Part shown: positions 38,601 through 41,055 of the stretch, one piece after another
Position numbering within the stretch: the first letter of the stretch is position 1
Layout: every line of letters begins with the position of its first letter
Assembly (NCBI GenBank): GCA_040357565.1
Contig: JBDODJ010000101.1
DNA: 41,055 nucleotides
Direction: 5' to 3' (one strand)
DNA from: Cercozoa sp. M6MM
Taxonomy: Eukaryota > Protista > Endomyxa: Ascetosporea
Position numbers and translations under genes: made by a program
The notes under the pieces: generated by a model
Told to the model about the DNA's origin: nothing
Seen by the model: only the letters and a program-made list of their open reading frames with translations
The model's database searches: none

Positions 38601-41007
38601 CAATTTTCAATCTTAACACAGTGGCACTGTCGCTGTGTCTGGCGCCGCTGCTGCTTGCCGCCAAGACACTGGATGACAAGTACCTCCATGTGACACTACC
38701 GAGTTGTTTTGGTGTTATCTATGCGCTGTCTCTGCAGTGTGCGTCTACCTGCCGAACTGGGCGCCCTGGTTCTAGGTACACACAAACAAACACACACACA
38801 CACACACATGCTGTTTGGTGGATTATATCTTGTTCATGCAGCAACCAAGGAGCAGCGACGCAAGAGATACATCACCGTGGGCATCGTTGTCACTGTGCTG
38901 GCTGTGCTGACGTTCATCGGTGCCGTCGCTGCCTCCTGGGAGGTATGCTTTTTGTTTCCGTACACCAGTTCAGACATCTGTATTGCTGTCCTAGGTGGCG
39001 GAAGGTGATTTGGTACTGTCGTCCAACGTCAGCACTCGAGACATCGATGCCGACACTCGGCAAGAGTTCGCCCGAGGTTTCTTTGTTTGATTCAGTTTCA
39101 GAAGTGTATTGATCTGAGGACATGCGCAGTGTTCGGCGAGTCGTTCCTGTCGTTTGCTCAGTCGGTGGATGTTTTCGTGCCACGTCATCACTGCTCTGTG
39201 GTAGTGTTTCTCCATCTCTGTGCTGGAAGGGTCTTTGTACTTATGTCACTTGGCTAGTCAACGGCACATGCTTGGCTGTTCCTTGCACTTCCTGCTGTGA
39301 GGTATATCACTCAGTGTTCTTGCCTCCCTCTCGGTGTTCACTTGTGCTCCATTTGTGTGCAGTGTCGGCGTGGCTCTGCTGTGGATAGCCTACATTGCAC
39401 TGCGGTGCATGCTGTACAAGTACCACAACAAAGGTCAGAACAACGGCTCGCATTCGGCCAGCCACAACGACAACAGCAAGTACTGTTCAGGGAGAACCAC
39501 GCTGTCTATGCCTCTTGTGTCAGTGCCTCTTGTGTGTGTGCGTGTGTTATCACTGTGACTGTGCAGTTGGAGAACCACGCTGTCTATGCCGACTCGTCTG
39601 ACCATCTTCATATTGGTACACTGTGCTTTCTACATGTTACGAGTTGAGGTGAAGTCAGAAGTATATGAAATACATCGACAGCTGACGCTGATCGCCGTGA
39701 CCACCGTGCTTATCTACAGCATGAGTCGACACACCGACGCCCAAGCCCGTACTGCCAGTGTTGTCTGTGCCTTGTGGCACTGATTTGCACCTGTGGCTGT
39801 ACACAAACAGCCGGCGCTGTGGCGCGTGCCGAGGCACCTGTGCACCTGGCAGAGGTCGGCGTTTGCATCGCCGTCGCGCTGTTTGCGCTGTTGTTACTTG
39901 TGCTGCCCTTCACATGGAGGTACCATACTTTTCTGGGGTCATTGATGGTTTGTGTGTAGATGTCTGTGTGTTGCAGGACGTGTGCCAATGCCAAGGACGT
40001 GTACTATGCTCTGTACGCAAAGCACCCAGTTGGTATAAATGCACATCTAGTTGAGTCGAAGTGTACACCTTCATACTGGCCTGGTAGACTCAAAGGCGCT
40101 GGAGCGTATTGACTCGCGCAACATGCAGATGTCGGTGTCCAACACGGTATCCTCCAGCACTGCTGCTGAGGTGATTGTTTGCCACTTTTTTATTTGCTTT
40201 TGTGTCGAGCAGCACATGCTGTCGACTGCCTACACTGCGGTACTACGCAGTACCCTGTTTTTTTGTTGTTTAAAGGTTCTCAACAATGCAGAGTTTGGGC
40301 AACGTTAACGCCACCGAGAGTCTCGTTGATGAGACTAAGTAGTTTTAGCCTTCGTTTTTCTCTTGCTTGAACTTGTCGACGTTGTTCAGGCGGCGCACAT
40401 TGGCGGAACTGTCGACGGTGCTGCGTGATCCAGTCGGTAATCCTTTCCTTCTCAAACGTATATACTTTACCGTCGTGTCCAACTTTTACTCTGTGTGTGT
40501 ATGTACACAGGCTTCCACTTCTTCCTGCAGTTCGCTGCTTCACGTTACGAAAACGAAACGCCGCAGTTCTGGCGGCAAGCCAAGGTACCTCTCATTCCTG
40601 TTGACTTGCATCACCCCTGTACCACGCTATTGTGTTGTGGTGGTGTGCAGGTGCTCATGAAGCAGCTCGAAGACGCCGCTGCTGCCAGTGTAACTTGCCA
40701 TGCATACACACCTCACACAAAATGAGACATGTGATGTGCAGCCTAACATGGGAAGCGAGCGACAGGCCGTGCACGTCATGGTCGACGGTGCGCAGGTCGA
40801 AAAACTGCCGCAGAATGCGCCACTTCGATCGGCGATGTCGTTCCACATCCTGACGTCACTGGATCAGTTGGTAACCCTTCCGAAGAGTGCCTTGTTTGAC
40901 TATGAAGCATGGCGTGGATGTGTGTACAGGTGAACCGCTTTCTGGCCGACAACGCGCCTGACCAACTCAATGTGTCCGCCTCCTTGAGGTACACGAACGT
41001 GTGGATG

Positions 41008-41055
<48 letters not shown>
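34121..41055 (+). CDS. Class C GPCR-like receptor (signal peptide, Venus-flytrap domain, 4-Cys linker, 7TM) fused to a C-terminal RGS domain; 3'-partial, about 50 introns
   Basis: VFT: IIGLFPLTG, VAGIIGASSSGVS, QISYASTQTDLSDKSAYPLFCRVVP, FGWHRVSVVTTSDGYG, WVWIASDGW, YFAFDSTY, TGDLVFDDNCDR. Seven hydrophobic segments lie at 37.97-39.92 kb. RGS: LSTVLRDPVGFHFFLQFAASRYENETPQFW...VNRFLADNAPDQLNVSASLR (40.39-40.99 kb). The first exon is joined across a 100-N gap. Confidence 0.85.
34278..34377. other. 100-N scaffold gap flanked by poly-G
   Basis: Run of 100 n with G homopolymers on both sides. Confidence 0.95.

Overview
This is eukaryotic (protist-like) nuclear DNA with very dense, short spliceosomal introns. 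Most introns are 55-80 nt, and many are inflated by (TG)n and other microsatellites, so most ORFs in the supplied track are artefacts. Splicing exons by hand gives nine genes, in order: (1) a 5'-partial giant BEACH/WDFY3(Alfy)-family solenoid + ConA-like protein that stops where PH-BEACH-WD40 would normally begin; (2) a coiled-coil protein (-); (3) USP32 (+); (4) SDHAF1 (-, missing from the ORF track); (5) a tandem-PB1 protein (+); (6) RABL2 (-); (7) TVP23 (-); (8) a PSTAIRE CDK (+); (9) a 3'-partial class C GPCR-like receptor (+). The most striking item is gene 9: an mGluR-like Venus-flytrap domain, a 4-Cys linker and a 7TM region, fused in frame to a C-terminal RGS domain. Other highlights are a 5' splice-site consensus that has largely lost +5G (GTAC[C/T]), a 79-bp insertion with a 15-bp target-site duplication and a second diverged copy, and a candidate structured ncRNA at about 33.1-33.4 kb. 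All gene models and family assignments were made by eye from remembered motifs; no searches were run.
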